Assembly (NCBI GenBank): GCA_965224705.1
Contig: OZ245056.1
Location: 1,504,001-1,568,000 of the forward strand
From: Spirochaetaceae bacterium
Lineage (GTDB): Bacteria; Spirochaetota; Spirochaetia; DSM-2461
Length of the DNA: 64,000 nt
Direction of reading: 5' to 3'
The notes below the pieces were generated by a model that saw nothing but the letters and a program-made list of their open reading frames with translations, did no database searches and was not told the origin of the DNA. Positions 50,187 to 60,680 of this stretch are shown in pieces (within the stretch, counting starts at the first letter, position 1; every line of letters starts with the position of its first letter). The translations under genes and the position numbers were made by a program.

Positions 50187-51635
50187 CTATACAATCCTGA
50201 ATCTATCCACCAGAGTACAGCGGCGTTCCCTGGTAAAGGTATGGGCCCGGGTTAAACCTTCCCCGGTGGGACTGGCAATGGTAAACGAAGTGAATCCCGC
50301 TCCGCCTTTACCGAGTCCGGCATAGCTTGGCCCATTTTTGACGAATAAAGAGCAATTCATTATGCGAGCCATATCGGAAAGCTTGTCGATGTTCCTTGAA
50401 TGCATGATCGCCGTATGCCGGTAACCATGCTCCAGGTCAAAAGCCAGTTTGATCGCCGTGTCAACATTTTTAACTCGCACAACTGGAAGCACCGGCATAA
50501 GCTGTTCCGTCCATAAAAGGGGATGATGAACAGGAACTTCGCAAAGGAGAATCTTAGTTTTTTCAGGGATGTAAACCCCTATATGAGAAGCGATAAGCTG
50601 GGGGGATTTCCCGACATACTTCTTATTGGCCAGTCCTTCCACACCCGGCCCTCCCGGTTTGGAGATGGTGAGATCGGTCACCTTTTTTATCTCTTCGGGG
50701 GAAAGCTCATACGCGCCGCCGGCTTTCATGGATTCTTTCAAGGCATCAGCAACACTTTCTACAACAATCACTTCCTTTTCACAGATACAGATTATATTGT
50801 GATCGAATCCGGCCCCTTTCACTATATCAGCCCCGGCCTTTTCTATATCAGCGCTTTCATCAACCACGCAGGGAGGATTTCCTGGTCCGGCAGCGATAAC
50901 TTTCTTGTCACTTCGCATGGCGGCTTTTACAACTCCAGGCCCACCGGTCACAACCATGAGGGCGATTCCAGGATGCTTCATCATTGCACCGGCCGTCTCA
51001 AGAGTGGGATTGGCTATGGCTGTAATGAGGTTCTCCGGCCCGCCAGCCTCAACCACGGCTCTGGATAGAAGTGAAACAGCCAGAGAGGAGCATTCTCTGG
51101 CTGATGGATGGGGATTAAACACCACAGAATTCCCGGCGGCAATCATACCTATGCCGTTGCAGATAACCGTTGCCGTGGGATTCGTCGAGGGGATGATGGC
51201 TCCTATTACGCCATGGGGAGCCCGTTCAACCAGGGTAAGGCCATGTTCATCAGTAAAAACACCGGGTTGAACGTCATCAACGCCCGGAGTCTTCTCTGCC
51301 GCCAGTTCATTTTTAATGGTTTTGTCGACGATATTGCCCATGTTGGTCTCACCAACTGCTTTTTCGGCCAGCAGAGCGGCATTTTCAAGGGCCGCTGATC
51401 GCATGGAAGCTATGATTTCCTGCCTCCTGTCCAGACCGCAGGAAACAAGCTCTATCTGGGCCTTCCTGGCCGCCTCTACCGCTGAATCCATTTCATGAAA
51501 CAGACCGCTGTCAGGTGGATCTGCCGGAGAAGATTTCTCAGCAGCAGGGATGCTGTCATTACTTGATTCTGAAAGGTTTAATTCACTGAGGACATCAGAG
51601 ATAATCTGTTTTAATTCATCCTTTTCCAATGTCAT
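50187..51635 (-). CDS. CoA-acylating aldehyde dehydrogenase (EutE/PduP-like)
   Basis: PSTNPT, VTGGPGVV, AGPGNPP, CICEK, TIASPTGEG; N-terminal ELKQIISDVLSEL helix. Confidence 0.92.
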   Translation of the reverse strand: MTLEKDELKQIISDVLSELNLSESSNDSIPAAEKSSPADPPDSGLFHEMDSAVEAARKAQIELVSCGLDRRQEIIASMRSAALENAALLAEKAVGETNMGNIVDKTIKNELAAEKTPGVDDVQPGVFTDEHGLTLVERAPHGVIGAIIPSTNPTATVICNGIGMIAAGNSVVFNPHPSARECSSLAVSLLSRAVVEAGGPENLITAIANPTLETAGAMMKHPGIALMVVTGGPGVVKAAMRSDKKVIAAGPGNPPCVVDESADIEKAGADIVKGAGFDHNIICICEKEVIVVESVADALKESMKAGGAYELSPEEIKKVTDLTISKPGGPGVEGLANKKYVGKSPQLIASHIGVYIPEKTKILLCEVPVHHPLLWTEQLMPVLPVVRVKNVDTAIKLAFDLEHGYRHTAIMHSRNIDKLSDMARIMNCSLFVKNGPSYAGLGKGGAGFTSFTIASPTGEGLTRAHTFTRERRCTLVDRFRIV

Positions 51636-51640
51636 TTCCT

Positions 51641-51928
51641 TTACCGCCTGTAGGTCAATTTACCCTTTTCATCAATGATCTCGACCAATGCAGTGATAAG
51701 AGTATCGACCGGTTTGTCGGCTGTTCTTTTTGTCCAGCGGACACTGCTGCCCTGAGCAAGCATGACAAGGTCTTCATTTCTTGAACCCATTAAATCAAGG
51801 GCAATCAACCGGATGTTTTTTTTTCTCCCATGATGGTCACAGATCTCCACGACACGCCATACTGCTCCGGGAATATTGGCGGCACTTCTGGATGCCACCA
51901 CTGTACCGATGACACGGGCCAGTATCAT
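51641..51928 (-). CDS. BMC vertex protein (EutN/CcmL), divergent
   Basis: LARVIGTVVAS; QGSS; PVD..I.ALVE. Confidence 0.85.
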   Translation of the reverse strand: MILARVIGTVVASRSAANIPGAVWRVVEICDHHGRKKNIRLIALDLMGSRNEDLVMLAQGSSVRWTKRTADKPVDTLITALVEIIDEKGKLTYRR

Positions 51929-52230
51929 GGATTATCTCCAGAAGATGTATAGGTCTGCTGACCCTCGATCTCCACCGAATCAACAATGGCAATGATGGTT
52001 GCATCGGAAGGTTTCCCCTGACTTTCAGAGGTGTACCGGGCACTGCTGCCGGTAACATAGAAAACAATTTCCCCGATATTGGCTCCAACCGCATCCAGCA
52101 CAACTGTGTAAGTACCTGCCCCCTGCATCGTCAGCGGATCAACTTTTTCAACAAGAAGCAGTTTCAAACCCTCCATATCTCTGGCCTTGTGGGTTGATAC
52201 GACTGTCCCGGTCACTCTAGCCAGTTCCAT
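51925..52230 (-). CDS. BMC vertex protein (EutN/CcmL)
   Basis: LARVTGTVVSTHK; DAVGA; GSSAR; DATIIAIVD. Confidence 0.92.
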   Translation of the reverse strand: MELARVTGTVVSTHKARDMEGLKLLLVEKVDPLTMQGAGTYTVVLDAVGANIGEIVFYVTGSSARYTSESQGKPSDATIIAIVDSVEIEGQQTYTSSGDNP

Positions 52231-52235
52231 GGATT

Positions 52236-52859
52236 TTACTTAACCTCACGTCCCGGAAGCACAGCCAGCCGTTCTTCGACAGCTTTTCGTGCCTCAACAA
52301 TTTCCCCCTCGTCACCGGCTATGTATACACGGCCGTATTTTCCAAATCCAGAGACATTGATGATGTTGATTCTGGCGGTTTTCTCTGCTTCATTGGCCGC
52401 ATAGTATGCATAACCGGCAGGTTCCATCTCAAGGACATAGAGGGTATCGCCTCGGACAATCATATTTCCATACCGAACTTTGTTGATGAGCTGGGCCTGG
52501 TGGTCGGCAATGTTTTTAATAAGCTGACTCGTCAGAATCCGCGGCTTCATCGCATTGGCTTCAGTCATTTTAAGCGCTTTGAGAACAGCTTCTCCAGCCA
52601 TTCGAGTATCCCCCTGATTATCCGAGTGAACTTCCAGCATACCAAATGACCGTTCAACTACCTGCAGACCCGGAGTAACATTGGTTGCTTTGAGTGCAAT
52701 GTCTGTCAGTCGGTTTATCTCAATACCCGGAGCAATTTCGATAACACAGGCGGCCTGCCAGGCAACAGGAAAATAGCCTTTGGAAACAGTTGAGATAAAA
52801 GAAGCCATCTGAGGTTGAATAGAATCTAAAAAGACATAGGTTCGAAGGTCAGTACTCAT
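52236..52859 (-). CDS. BMC-T tandem-domain shell protein (CsoS1D/CcmP-like)
   Basis: LRTYVFLDSIQPQ, EIAPGI, VERSFG, AANEAEK, GRVYIAG. Confidence 0.88.
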   Translation of the reverse strand: MSTDLRTYVFLDSIQPQMASFISTVSKGYFPVAWQAACVIEIAPGIEINRLTDIALKATNVTPGLQVVERSFGMLEVHSDNQGDTRMAGEAVLKALKMTEANAMKPRILTSQLIKNIADHQAQLINKVRYGNMIVRGDTLYVLEMEPAGYAYYAANEAEKTARINIINVSGFGKYGRVYIAGDEGEIVEARKAVEERLAVLPGREVK

Positions 52860-52871
52860 CCTGTGCCGTCC

Positions 52872-53165
52872 CTACTCACCTCTTCCAAGAGGCAGTGCAC
52901 TGTCCACCGCATCGTGTGGTCGAGGTATAACGTGTACGGATACGACTTCACCAACTTTTTGAGCAGCACGGCTGCCGGCATCGACGGCTGCCCGGACAGC
53001 CGCAACATCTCCCCGTACGATGGCCGTGACAAATCCGCCGCCTATCTTTTCATAAGAGACCAGGTCAACCTGGGCTGCTTTGACCATGGCGTCTGCCGCT
53101 TCCACCATTCCCACAAATCCTCTTGTCTCAATCATACCCAGGGCTTCAGTATTCTTATCCTTCAT
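52872..53165 (-). CDS. BMC-H hexamer shell protein (EutM/PduA-like)
   Basis: [33 protein letters not shown]. Confidence 0.96.
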   Translation of the reverse strand: MKDKNTEALGMIETRGFVGMVEAADAMVKAAQVDLVSYEKIGGGFVTAIVRGDVAAVRAAVDAGSRAAQKVGEVVSVHVIPRPHDAVDSALPLGRGE

Positions 53166-53224
53166 GATATCCTCCAATTGTTGAATCAGAGTGATTATTC
53201 CTCTTTTCTAAAAGACTGTCAAGG

Positions 53225-53248
53225 AAAATGTTAAATTTTTAACATTTT
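53225..53248. promoter_or_regulatory. Palindromic operator-like site upstream of the BMC operon
   Basis: AAAATGTTAAA-TT-TTTAACATTTT, perfect 11-bp arms. Confidence 0.6.
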
Positions 53249-53544
53249 TACTCCGTGGATTGGAGATTGGGACTGTACTGCAAATCCGGCGAAATCTCCA
53301 GGCATTTTTGCAGTGTCAGAAAGCTTGTAAAGGTCTGGTTTCATTCAGGCACGATCAGGTGAAGTTATTCATCTGGTCCAGTCGGTGAATACTTTCCATC
53401 GCTGTGAATCAGCGAAAGACTGTCTGAAATGATGAGAGATCTCATGGCAGGATGTATTATATAAATTCTTTCCCCGACAGATATTGTTTTTCTGATGGAA
53501 GAACTTTTTTCATTTTATAAGCTTTCGAACACGGCGAAAATCTT

Positions 53545-54975
53545 TCATGCGAGGCTGTTTTTCCTGACTGGCAGGGCATCGGTAATACTGCCTTCCGCTG
53601 TTTCAGCAACAAACGCCAGGGTTTCAGCAAAAGTTGGATGAGCATGTATGGTAGAACCGATATCTGCTGCATCAGCACCCATTTCAATAGCCAGAGCAGC
53701 TTCGGCGATAAGATCTCCAGCACGGGCACCGGTGATGCCCGCCCCTATGATACGGCCTGTTCCCGAATCAAAAAGAGCCTTGCTTATCCCATTGGCCTTG
53801 TCTGCCGACAGAGCCCGGCCGCTGGCAGCCCAATTAAAAGCGGCCTCTTCAAAAGAAATTCCCTCTTCCCTTGCCTGTTTTTCGGTGTAACCAACCCAGG
53901 CTATCTCCGGATTGGTATAGGCCACTGAAGGGATGCACATAGGAGTAAAGGCACTTTTTAATCCGGCAATAACCTCAGCGACAACCTTTCCTTCGTGAAC
54001 GGCCTTGTGGGCCAGCATGGGGTTGCCGATAACATCGCCAACGGCATAAATACCCGGGACACTGGTCTCCATCCTTTTGTTGACCCTGATAAACCCCCTA
54101 TCATCGACATGAATTCCAGGGGTATCGGCCCCAATGCCGCCGCTGTTCGGCCTGCGGCCCACCGCTACCAGGAGGGCATCGGCCTCAATGCTTTCCGGTA
54201 CTTTTTCTCCCTCCAGACTGAGAGTCAAACTCTTCTTTCCGGCCCCTACCTTTGTGAGTTTTGCGGATGTGTAAATCGCTTCATACCTCTTCTTCAGTTT
54301 TATGGCCAGGGGTCGAACAAGGCTGGCATCAGCCGGAGGGATGATTTGATCCAGCATCTCGATGATGGTTATCTTTGAACCCAATGCTGAGTAGATCTGG
54401 GCCATTTCCAGACCGATAATGCCTCCACCCAGAACGGCCAGCCGCTCTGGAATAAAGGGCAGGGCAAGAGCCTCCGTTGAACTCCATATTCTGTCTTCAT
54501 TGTCCGGCAGAAAAGGTAATTCTGTCGGCCGGGAACCTGCGGCAATAACAGCACTCTCAAAAGTAACAGTCGTTACCCCTTTTCCCTGCGAAACAGATAT
54601 TTCTCTGTTGCCGGTGAATCTTCCGCTGCCGTTGACAATCCGAACCTTCCGGGCCGCGGCTAAATGAGATAAACCGCCGGTGAGTTTCTCAATAACACTG
54701 TCTTTTTTACTTCGCAGCACATTGATATCAATGGCAGGCTTCGGAAATGTTATCCCATAAGGTACGGCCTCATCAGCCTCTTCAAGGATCTCGGCTGCGT
54801 GTAGAAGTGTTTTAGACGGAATGCAGCCAACATTGAGACATACACCTCCCAAACGGTCATTTTGCTCGATAATCACAACATCCTTACCGAGATCGGCTGC
54901 TCTAAACGCCGCTGTATACCCTCCCGGGCCGCCGCCAAGAACGGCAACTTCACAATCTACAATTTTTGACATCAT
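53545..54975 (-). CDS. lpdA: Dihydrolipoamide dehydrogenase (E3)
   Basis: GGGPGGY, GGVCLNVGCIPSK, HAHPTFAE. Confidence 0.96.
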   Translation of the reverse strand: MMSKIVDCEVAVLGGGPGGYTAAFRAADLGKDVVIIEQNDRLGGVCLNVGCIPSKTLLHAAEILEEADEAVPYGITFPKPAIDINVLRSKKDSVIEKLTGGLSHLAAARKVRIVNGSGRFTGNREISVSQGKGVTTVTFESAVIAAGSRPTELPFLPDNEDRIWSSTEALALPFIPERLAVLGGGIIGLEMAQIYSALGSKITIIEMLDQIIPPADASLVRPLAIKLKKRYEAIYTSAKLTKVGAGKKSLTLSLEGEKVPESIEADALLVAVGRRPNSGGIGADTPGIHVDDRGFIRVNKRMETSVPGIYAVGDVIGNPMLAHKAVHEGKVVAEVIAGLKSAFTPMCIPSVAYTNPEIAWVGYTEKQAREEGISFEEAAFNWAASGRALSADKANGISKALFDSGTGRIIGAGITGARAGDLIAEAALAIEMGADAADIGSTIHAHPTFAETLAFVAETAEGSITDALPVRKNSLA

Positions 54976-54984
54976 CACATCCTT

Positions 54985-56304
54985 TTAAAGCAGGGCCCGC
55001 CGAATATCCCCGATAATTGAAGCAAAATATGCGGCAAACCGTGCACCCTGAGCTCCATCAATAACCCTGTGGTCGTAGGAAACAGAAAATGGCAGTATCA
55101 ATCGCGGAGTGAATTCTGTACCATTCCACACAGGTCTCATGGCACTCCTGGAGATTCCAAGTATGGCCACCTCAGGAGCATTCACAATGGGTGTGAAGTA
55201 AGTGCCTCCGATCCCTCCCAGACTGGAGATTGTAAATGTGGGCCCTTTCATTTCGTCAGGCTTGAGAGTCCCTGCTCGTGCCCGGGTGCTGAGGTCTGTC
55301 AATTCATCGGCAAGATTGCGAATCCCTCTGGTATCCGCATTTTTTATGACGGGCACAACCAGACCCCCTTCCGTATCGACGGCAATGCCGATGTTCACGT
55401 ACTTCTTATGAGTAATGGAAGCACCATCAGAATTCAATGAACTGTTGAAATCCGGGAATTCCCTGAGGGTGTGAATCGCAGCTTTGAGAATGAAAATGAG
55501 CGGACTCAGTTTTGTTCTTCCCTGCTTTGCACCTTCCCTGTTCAACGACTGACGGAAACTCTCCAATTCCGTTATGTCTGCGTCTTCAAATTGGGTAACA
55601 TGAGGCACTCCCAGCCAATTCCTGTGAAGGCGGGAACCGGAAATCTTTTTTATTCGACTCAAAGCTATGCTTTCAACTTCTCCGAATGCCGCATAATCCT
55701 CTTCCGGAATGGGCGGCAAACCAGAGGCTCCTCCCTGTGCCGCGGATGTACTGCCCTTCATTACTGATTTCACCAGATCTGTAACATCGTCCCTCCGGAT
55801 GCGCCCCTTGGGGCCAGTGCCGGTTACATTGGAGAGGTCTATGCCAAGTTCCCGTGCCAGGCCTCGTACAGATGGGCTTGCATGAGACGGGGAGCCCATG
55901 GCTTGAGCATTGACGGGCAGATTGACTGTTTCTGCTGTGCCTGGAGAAGGCTTTCCCTCTTTCTCTGGCGATTTCCCGGGTTTTGTTTCCACTTCTTCAC
56001 CCTTTTCAACAGGTGACTGCTTTTTTTCTGCTGCGGATTCAGATTTCTCCGGTGATGCCTGTGCTTCATCAACTTCCGCCATGGCAATAAGGTCTCCAGT
56101 ATTGACTGTATCACCCTCAGAAATTTTTACTTCCTTAACCTTGCCGCTGATCGGAGAAGGTATATCCATAACGGCCTTGTCGCTTTCCAGTGAAATAAGC
56201 GGCGATTCAATTTCTATGGAATCACCAACACTTATATAGACTTCTACAACACCAACATTCTCTGCACCATCCAGCGGGGGAACCCTGATTTCCTTTATTA
56301 CCAT
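54985..56304 (-). CDS. aceF: Dihydrolipoamide acetyltransferase (E2), one lipoyl domain
   Basis: ESDKA lipoyl motif, ASPSVR, DHRVIDGA. Confidence 0.93.
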   Translation of the reverse strand: MVIKEIRVPPLDGAENVGVVEVYISVGDSIEIESPLISLESDKAVMDIPSPISGKVKEVKISEGDTVNTGDLIAMAEVDEAQASPEKSESAAEKKQSPVEKGEEVETKPGKSPEKEGKPSPGTAETVNLPVNAQAMGSPSHASPSVRGLARELGIDLSNVTGTGPKGRIRRDDVTDLVKSVMKGSTSAAQGGASGLPPIPEEDYAAFGEVESIALSRIKKISGSRLHRNWLGVPHVTQFEDADITELESFRQSLNREGAKQGRTKLSPLIFILKAAIHTLREFPDFNSSLNSDGASITHKKYVNIGIAVDTEGGLVVPVIKNADTRGIRNLADELTDLSTRARAGTLKPDEMKGPTFTISSLGGIGGTYFTPIVNAPEVAILGISRSAMRPVWNGTEFTPRLILPFSVSYDHRVIDGAQGARFAAYFASIIGDIRRALL

Positions 56305-56317
56305 TGCTGTCTCCTAT

Positions 56318-58981
56318 TTAACTTGTCAGGGGATTGGGTTTCTTGATATCGATTTCGTATTTTTTGATGGCCGTCTTGAGAACGGAAGCCTCCAGACTTT
56401 TCTGGTCAACCAGTCCCTTCAATGACGCCAGCACAATCCAGTATCGATCTATCTCAAAAAAGTCCCTGAGCTTTTCCCGGCTGTCTGATCGGCCAAAACC
56501 ATCTGTACCAAGAATTGTAAGTTTATTGGGTATCAATCGCCGGATCAATTCCGGATACCCCCTTATGTAATCAGAGGAGAACACAGCAGGTCCCTCAAAT
56601 CCCTGCAGAACTTTGGTGAGATATGGTTTTTTCGGAGAAGACGGATTGATGAGATTATGCCGATCACACTCCATTCCATCCTGGTGTAATTGCTTGACAC
56701 CCGGGACACTCCATATATCCGACGCAACCTTCCAGTCTTCTTTCAAAATCTCAGAAGCAGCAATCACCTCTCTGAGAATCGTTCCCGAACCCATGAGTTG
56801 AACCCTGGGTCCCTTGCTTTTACCGGCCTTCTTAAAAAGATATATTCCTTTTATAATACCGTCTTCTACTCCTGCCGGAAGGGCGGGCTGAATGTAGTTT
56901 TCATTCATCACGGTAATGTAATAGAACAGGTTTTCCTGGTCGGTATACATTCGTTTTAAACCATCCCGGACTATAACGGCCATTTCACAGGCAAAGGCAG
57001 GATCGTAGGCTCTGCAGGTCGGATGGGTGGATGCCAGAAGGAGACCCTGGCCATCCTGGTGTTGAAGACCTTCTCCGTTGAGAGTTGTTCGACCCGCTGT
57101 CGCTCCCATGAGGAACCCTCTGGCATGCACATCGCCCGCCGTCCATGCGAGGTCTCCAATACGCTGAAAGCCAAACATGGAATAAAAAGTATAGAAGGGA
57201 ATCATCGGTATCCCATAAGTGGAACCGGCAGTTCCAGCAGCCAGCCAGGAGGCGAATCCGCCAGCTTCTGTTATGCCTTCTTCAAGGATTTTACCCTTCT
57301 CGGATTCTTTGTACCACATCATGGAATCGGCATCCTGAGGCGTGTAGAGCTGCCCGAATGGGGCATAAATGGCCAATTGGCGAAACATCCCCTCCATACC
57401 GAAAGTACGGGCTTCATCAGGAACAATAGGAACTATATACTTACCCAGTTCAGGATGCCGGGCCAGTCCGGAGAGCAGTCTTACAAATGCATTGGTTGTA
57501 GAAATCTTTCTTTCTCCTGAAGACTCCAGAACCGATTTGAAAAGCTTATCGCTCAGGGGAGGAATATCCAGTTTCGGGACATCAAATCGCCTGGAGGGAA
57601 CATCCCCGCCCAGTTTCTTTCGTTGACGCCGAATGAATTCCATCTCTTTGGAATCCCTGGGTGGCCGTATAAACGGAAGCTTTTCCAGATCCTCATCGGC
57701 AATACGCACATGGAATCTGTCTCTGAATTCCTTTAATGAGGCGATATCCATCTTCTTCTGACTATGCGTCTTCATGGAAGATTCACCGGCCTTACCCATG
57801 CCATAACCCTTGATTGTTTTGACCAGGATGACGGTGGGAACACCCTGAGCCTTACTGGCTGCGGCAAAAGACGCATATATCTTCCTGGGATCATGGCCTC
57901 CCCGGGTCATTTGCCACAAGTCTCTATCACTCATATTCTTAACAAGTTCAGAAACTGCCGGATCAGAATCAAAGAATGTCTTTCGGAGATATTCAGGCCC
58001 CTTGGATCGGAGGTCTTGAAATTCACCATCCACCATGGAAGCAAATTTATTGAGGAGAACACCGTCGGTATCTTTCTGCATCAATTTGTCCCATTCGGAT
58101 CCCCAGATCACCTTGATAACGTTCCAACCGGCCCCATTGAATGTTCCTTCCAGTTCATCAACAATTTTTCCATTACCCCGGACAGGGCCATCGAGGCGTT
58201 GAAGATTGCAATTCACAACAAAAATGAGATTATCCAGCTTTTCCCTGGCAGCAAGGCTCAGAGCACCCCTGCTTTCCGGTTCATCGGATTCACCATCCCC
58301 CATAAAGGCCCAGACTTTTCTATCACCAACTTCTATTAGCCCCTGGGCTTCCATATATTTCATGAAACGAGCCTGGTATATGGCCGATAAGGGCCCAAGT
58401 CCCATTGAAACTGTTGGAAACTGCCAGAAGTCAGGCATCAAAAATGGGTGGGGATAGGATGACAGTCCCTTGCCTCCCACTTCACGGCGAAAGTTCAGCA
58501 GGTGTTCTTCATCAAGACGGCCTTCCACGAAGGCCCGGGCATACATGCCGGGGGCGCAGTGGCCTTGAAAGAATATCAAGTCAGGGCCGTATGGAGCATC
58601 ATATCCCTTGAAAAACCAGTTAAAACCAACTTCATATATGGATGATGAAGAGGCAAAGCTGGCAATATGGCCGCCCAGACTATCAGGAGAAAGATTCGCC
58701 TTGACCACCATGGCCATTGCATTCCAGCGCACATAGGCTGCTACATCTCTGGCTATTAAACTGTCGCCGGGAATCTTTTCAGCCAATTCCGGAGGAATTG
58801 TGTTGGAATAGGGTGAAATAGAAGTGTCAGGAGGACGAATCCCGCGTGTTCTAAGATGATTATTGAGTGTGCTCATGAGAAATATCGCTTTCTCATTGCC
58901 TTCAGTGTCAATAACGCCTTCCAGGGAATCAAGCCAGTCCCTGGTTTCTTCGGGATCAGGATCAATGAATGTATGGGGCAT
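56318..58981 (-). CDS. aceE: Pyruvate dehydrogenase E1, homodimeric type
   Basis: DPDPEETRDW, GGHIAS, GDGESDEPE, NGEGLQHQDG. Confidence 0.96.
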   Translation of the reverse strand: MPHTFIDPDPEETRDWLDSLEGVIDTEGNEKAIFLMSTLNNHLRTRGIRPPDTSISPYSNTIPPELAEKIPGDSLIARDVAAYVRWNAMAMVVKANLSPDSLGGHIASFASSSSIYEVGFNWFFKGYDAPYGPDLIFFQGHCAPGMYARAFVEGRLDEEHLLNFRREVGGKGLSSYPHPFLMPDFWQFPTVSMGLGPLSAIYQARFMKYMEAQGLIEVGDRKVWAFMGDGESDEPESRGALSLAAREKLDNLIFVVNCNLQRLDGPVRGNGKIVDELEGTFNGAGWNVIKVIWGSEWDKLMQKDTDGVLLNKFASMVDGEFQDLRSKGPEYLRKTFFDSDPAVSELVKNMSDRDLWQMTRGGHDPRKIYASFAAASKAQGVPTVILVKTIKGYGMGKAGESSMKTHSQKKMDIASLKEFRDRFHVRIADEDLEKLPFIRPPRDSKEMEFIRRQRKKLGGDVPSRRFDVPKLDIPPLSDKLFKSVLESSGERKISTTNAFVRLLSGLARHPELGKYIVPIVPDEARTFGMEGMFRQLAIYAPFGQLYTPQDADSMMWYKESEKGKILEEGITEAGGFASWLAAGTAGSTYGIPMIPFYTFYSMFGFQRIGDLAWTAGDVHARGFLMGATAGRTTLNGEGLQHQDGQGLLLASTHPTCRAYDPAFACEMAVIVRDGLKRMYTDQENLFYYITVMNENYIQPALPAGVEDGIIKGIYLFKKAGKSKGPRVQLMGSGTILREVIAASEILKEDWKVASDIWSVPGVKQLHQDGMECDRHNLINPSSPKKPYLTKVLQGFEGPAVFSSDYIRGYPELIRRLIPNKLTILGTDGFGRSDSREKLRDFFEIDRYWIVLASLKGLVDQKSLEASVLKTAIKKYEIDIKKPNPLTS

Positions 58982-59488
58982 AAGACCTCCTGTTTGATGT
59001 TGCCTGCCAGAAACTGTGTCAGTCATCCTTTCAGTTCAACTTCCAGTCGTTTAATAGAATTTCACTCCCTGAACTTGAACCAGAACTCTGATACAGTCCT
59101 TCCATCCGGATGATTAGTATATTATTGGTTCTACCATTTCGACTCAAGATTGCATCTATGTCATAAAAAGCTCATGTCTGTCCTGAAAATCTCCGGAAGA
59201 AATCCTCTGAGTTGCCCAAATAATGGTCATTTTACCCGTTTTTCTTCTCATATTCCGAAAACAATAACCTGAAATAGAACTCACCAGAGGAACCAGGGGT
59301 GATTCTATACGGAAAAGACAGAGAAGTCCAGGCATTGAGAAGAGAATTCTGACAATGCAGCCAGAAAAATAGGAGAAATCAGATTTTTCGTCGATTTCAG
59401 ATTATACTGGCAGAATTCTACTGGAATTGACAAGAATTCCGGAAAATGATACATATCAGGGCATCATTTGATTAAAAAGGAGAGAAAC

Positions 59489-60604
59489 ATGAAAAAGTTT
59501 CTAGTTGTTCTAATTGCTCTGATGACATGCACCATGCTGTTTGCTGGTGGTGATGGAGAGAAGGGCGAAGTTATCAAAATTGCCGTTGTTGGACCGCATT
59601 CCGGGGATCTTGCTTCCTACGGCATCCCCACCACAAAGGCTGCAGAACTTGTTGCCGCAGACTACAACGCAAAAGGTGGACTTTTGGGCAGGCAAATTGA
59701 GCTTGTGGTTGAAGACGATGTCTGCAAACCGGAAGTTGCCGCCAATACGGCCTCCAAAGTTGTTGGAGATGGCGTTGTTGCTGTTATCGGCCATATCTGC
59801 TCCGGTGCCACAAAGAGTGCCCTGGGCGTATATACCGAAGCGGGCATACCGGCCATCAGTTCGTCAGCTACAAATCCTGCCTTAACCCAGAGTGGTGATT
59901 ATCCGTACTTTTTCAGAACAATTGCTTCTGATGATGCCCAGGCAGAGACTGATGCAAAGTTCATCGCAAACAAATTGGGTCTGAAAAAAGTCGCTGTACT
60001 CCATGACAAGCAGGACTACGGTAAGGGTTTTGCCGATTTTTCAGTACTGTCCCTGGAAAAACTTGGGGTGGAAATAGTGCTTTACGAAGGTATAACAGCT
60101 GAAGCAGTCGATTATTCAGCCATTCTTACCAAAGTGGCGAATTCCAGTGCCGAAGGTATTGTGTATGGCGGATATCACCCGGAAGCCTCCAAGTTGGTTC
60201 AGCAAATGGATCAAATAGGTCTGGATATACCCTTTATTTCAGACGATGGAGTGAAGGATGATACCTTCATCAAGGTAGCAGGTGAATTTGCCGAAGGTGT
60301 TTATGCTTCAGGCCCCATGGACACTTCGTCCAACCCAATGAACAAAGCAGCTGTGGCTGCCCACATGGACAAGTGGGGAGAAGATCCCGGCGCATTTTTT
60401 ATCAATGCCTATGCAGCTGCCATTGCGCTGTTTGAGGCCATTGAAGCAGCCGACAGTACTGATCCGATGGCAATAATGAATGCTCTGCGGACAAACTATT
60501 TTGAGACACCTCTTGGAAGAATCAGCTTTGATGAGAAAGGAGATGCCATAGGAGTCGGTTTTGCTGTCTATCAGGTTCAAAACGGAACCTATGTAGAACT
60601 CTAG
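59489..60604 (+). CDS. Branched-chain amino acid ABC substrate-binding protein (LivJ/K-like)
   Basis: EDDVCKP, VIGHICSGAT, ATNPALT, YGKG; no permease genes adjacent. Confidence 0.9.
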   Translation: MKKFLVVLIALMTCTMLFAGGDGEKGEVIKIAVVGPHSGDLASYGIPTTKAAELVAADYNAKGGLLGRQIELVVEDDVCKPEVAANTASKVVGDGVVAVIGHICSGATKSALGVYTEAGIPAISSSATNPALTQSGDYPYFFRTIASDDAQAETDAKFIANKLGLKKVAVLHDKQDYGKGFADFSVLSLEKLGVEIVLYEGITAEAVDYSAILTKVANSSAEGIVYGGYHPEASKLVQQMDQIGLDIPFISDDGVKDDTFIKVAGEFAEGVYASGPMDTSSNPMNKAAVAAHMDKWGEDPGAFFINAYAAAIALFEAIEAADSTDPMAIMNALRTNYFETPLGRISFDEKGDAIGVGFAVYQVQNGTYVEL

Positions 60605-60629
60605 GACTTCCCGGCAAAGAAGCAGGATT

Positions 60630-60660
60630 CTGGTTCAAATTCTTCAAGAATTTGAACCAG
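60630..60660. terminator. Perfect inverted repeat between convergent genes
   Basis: CTGGTTCAAATTCTT-C-AAGAATTTGAACCAG; no clear U tract. Confidence 0.55.
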
Positions 60661-60680
60661 TCACTCCTGTTATCCGAGGC

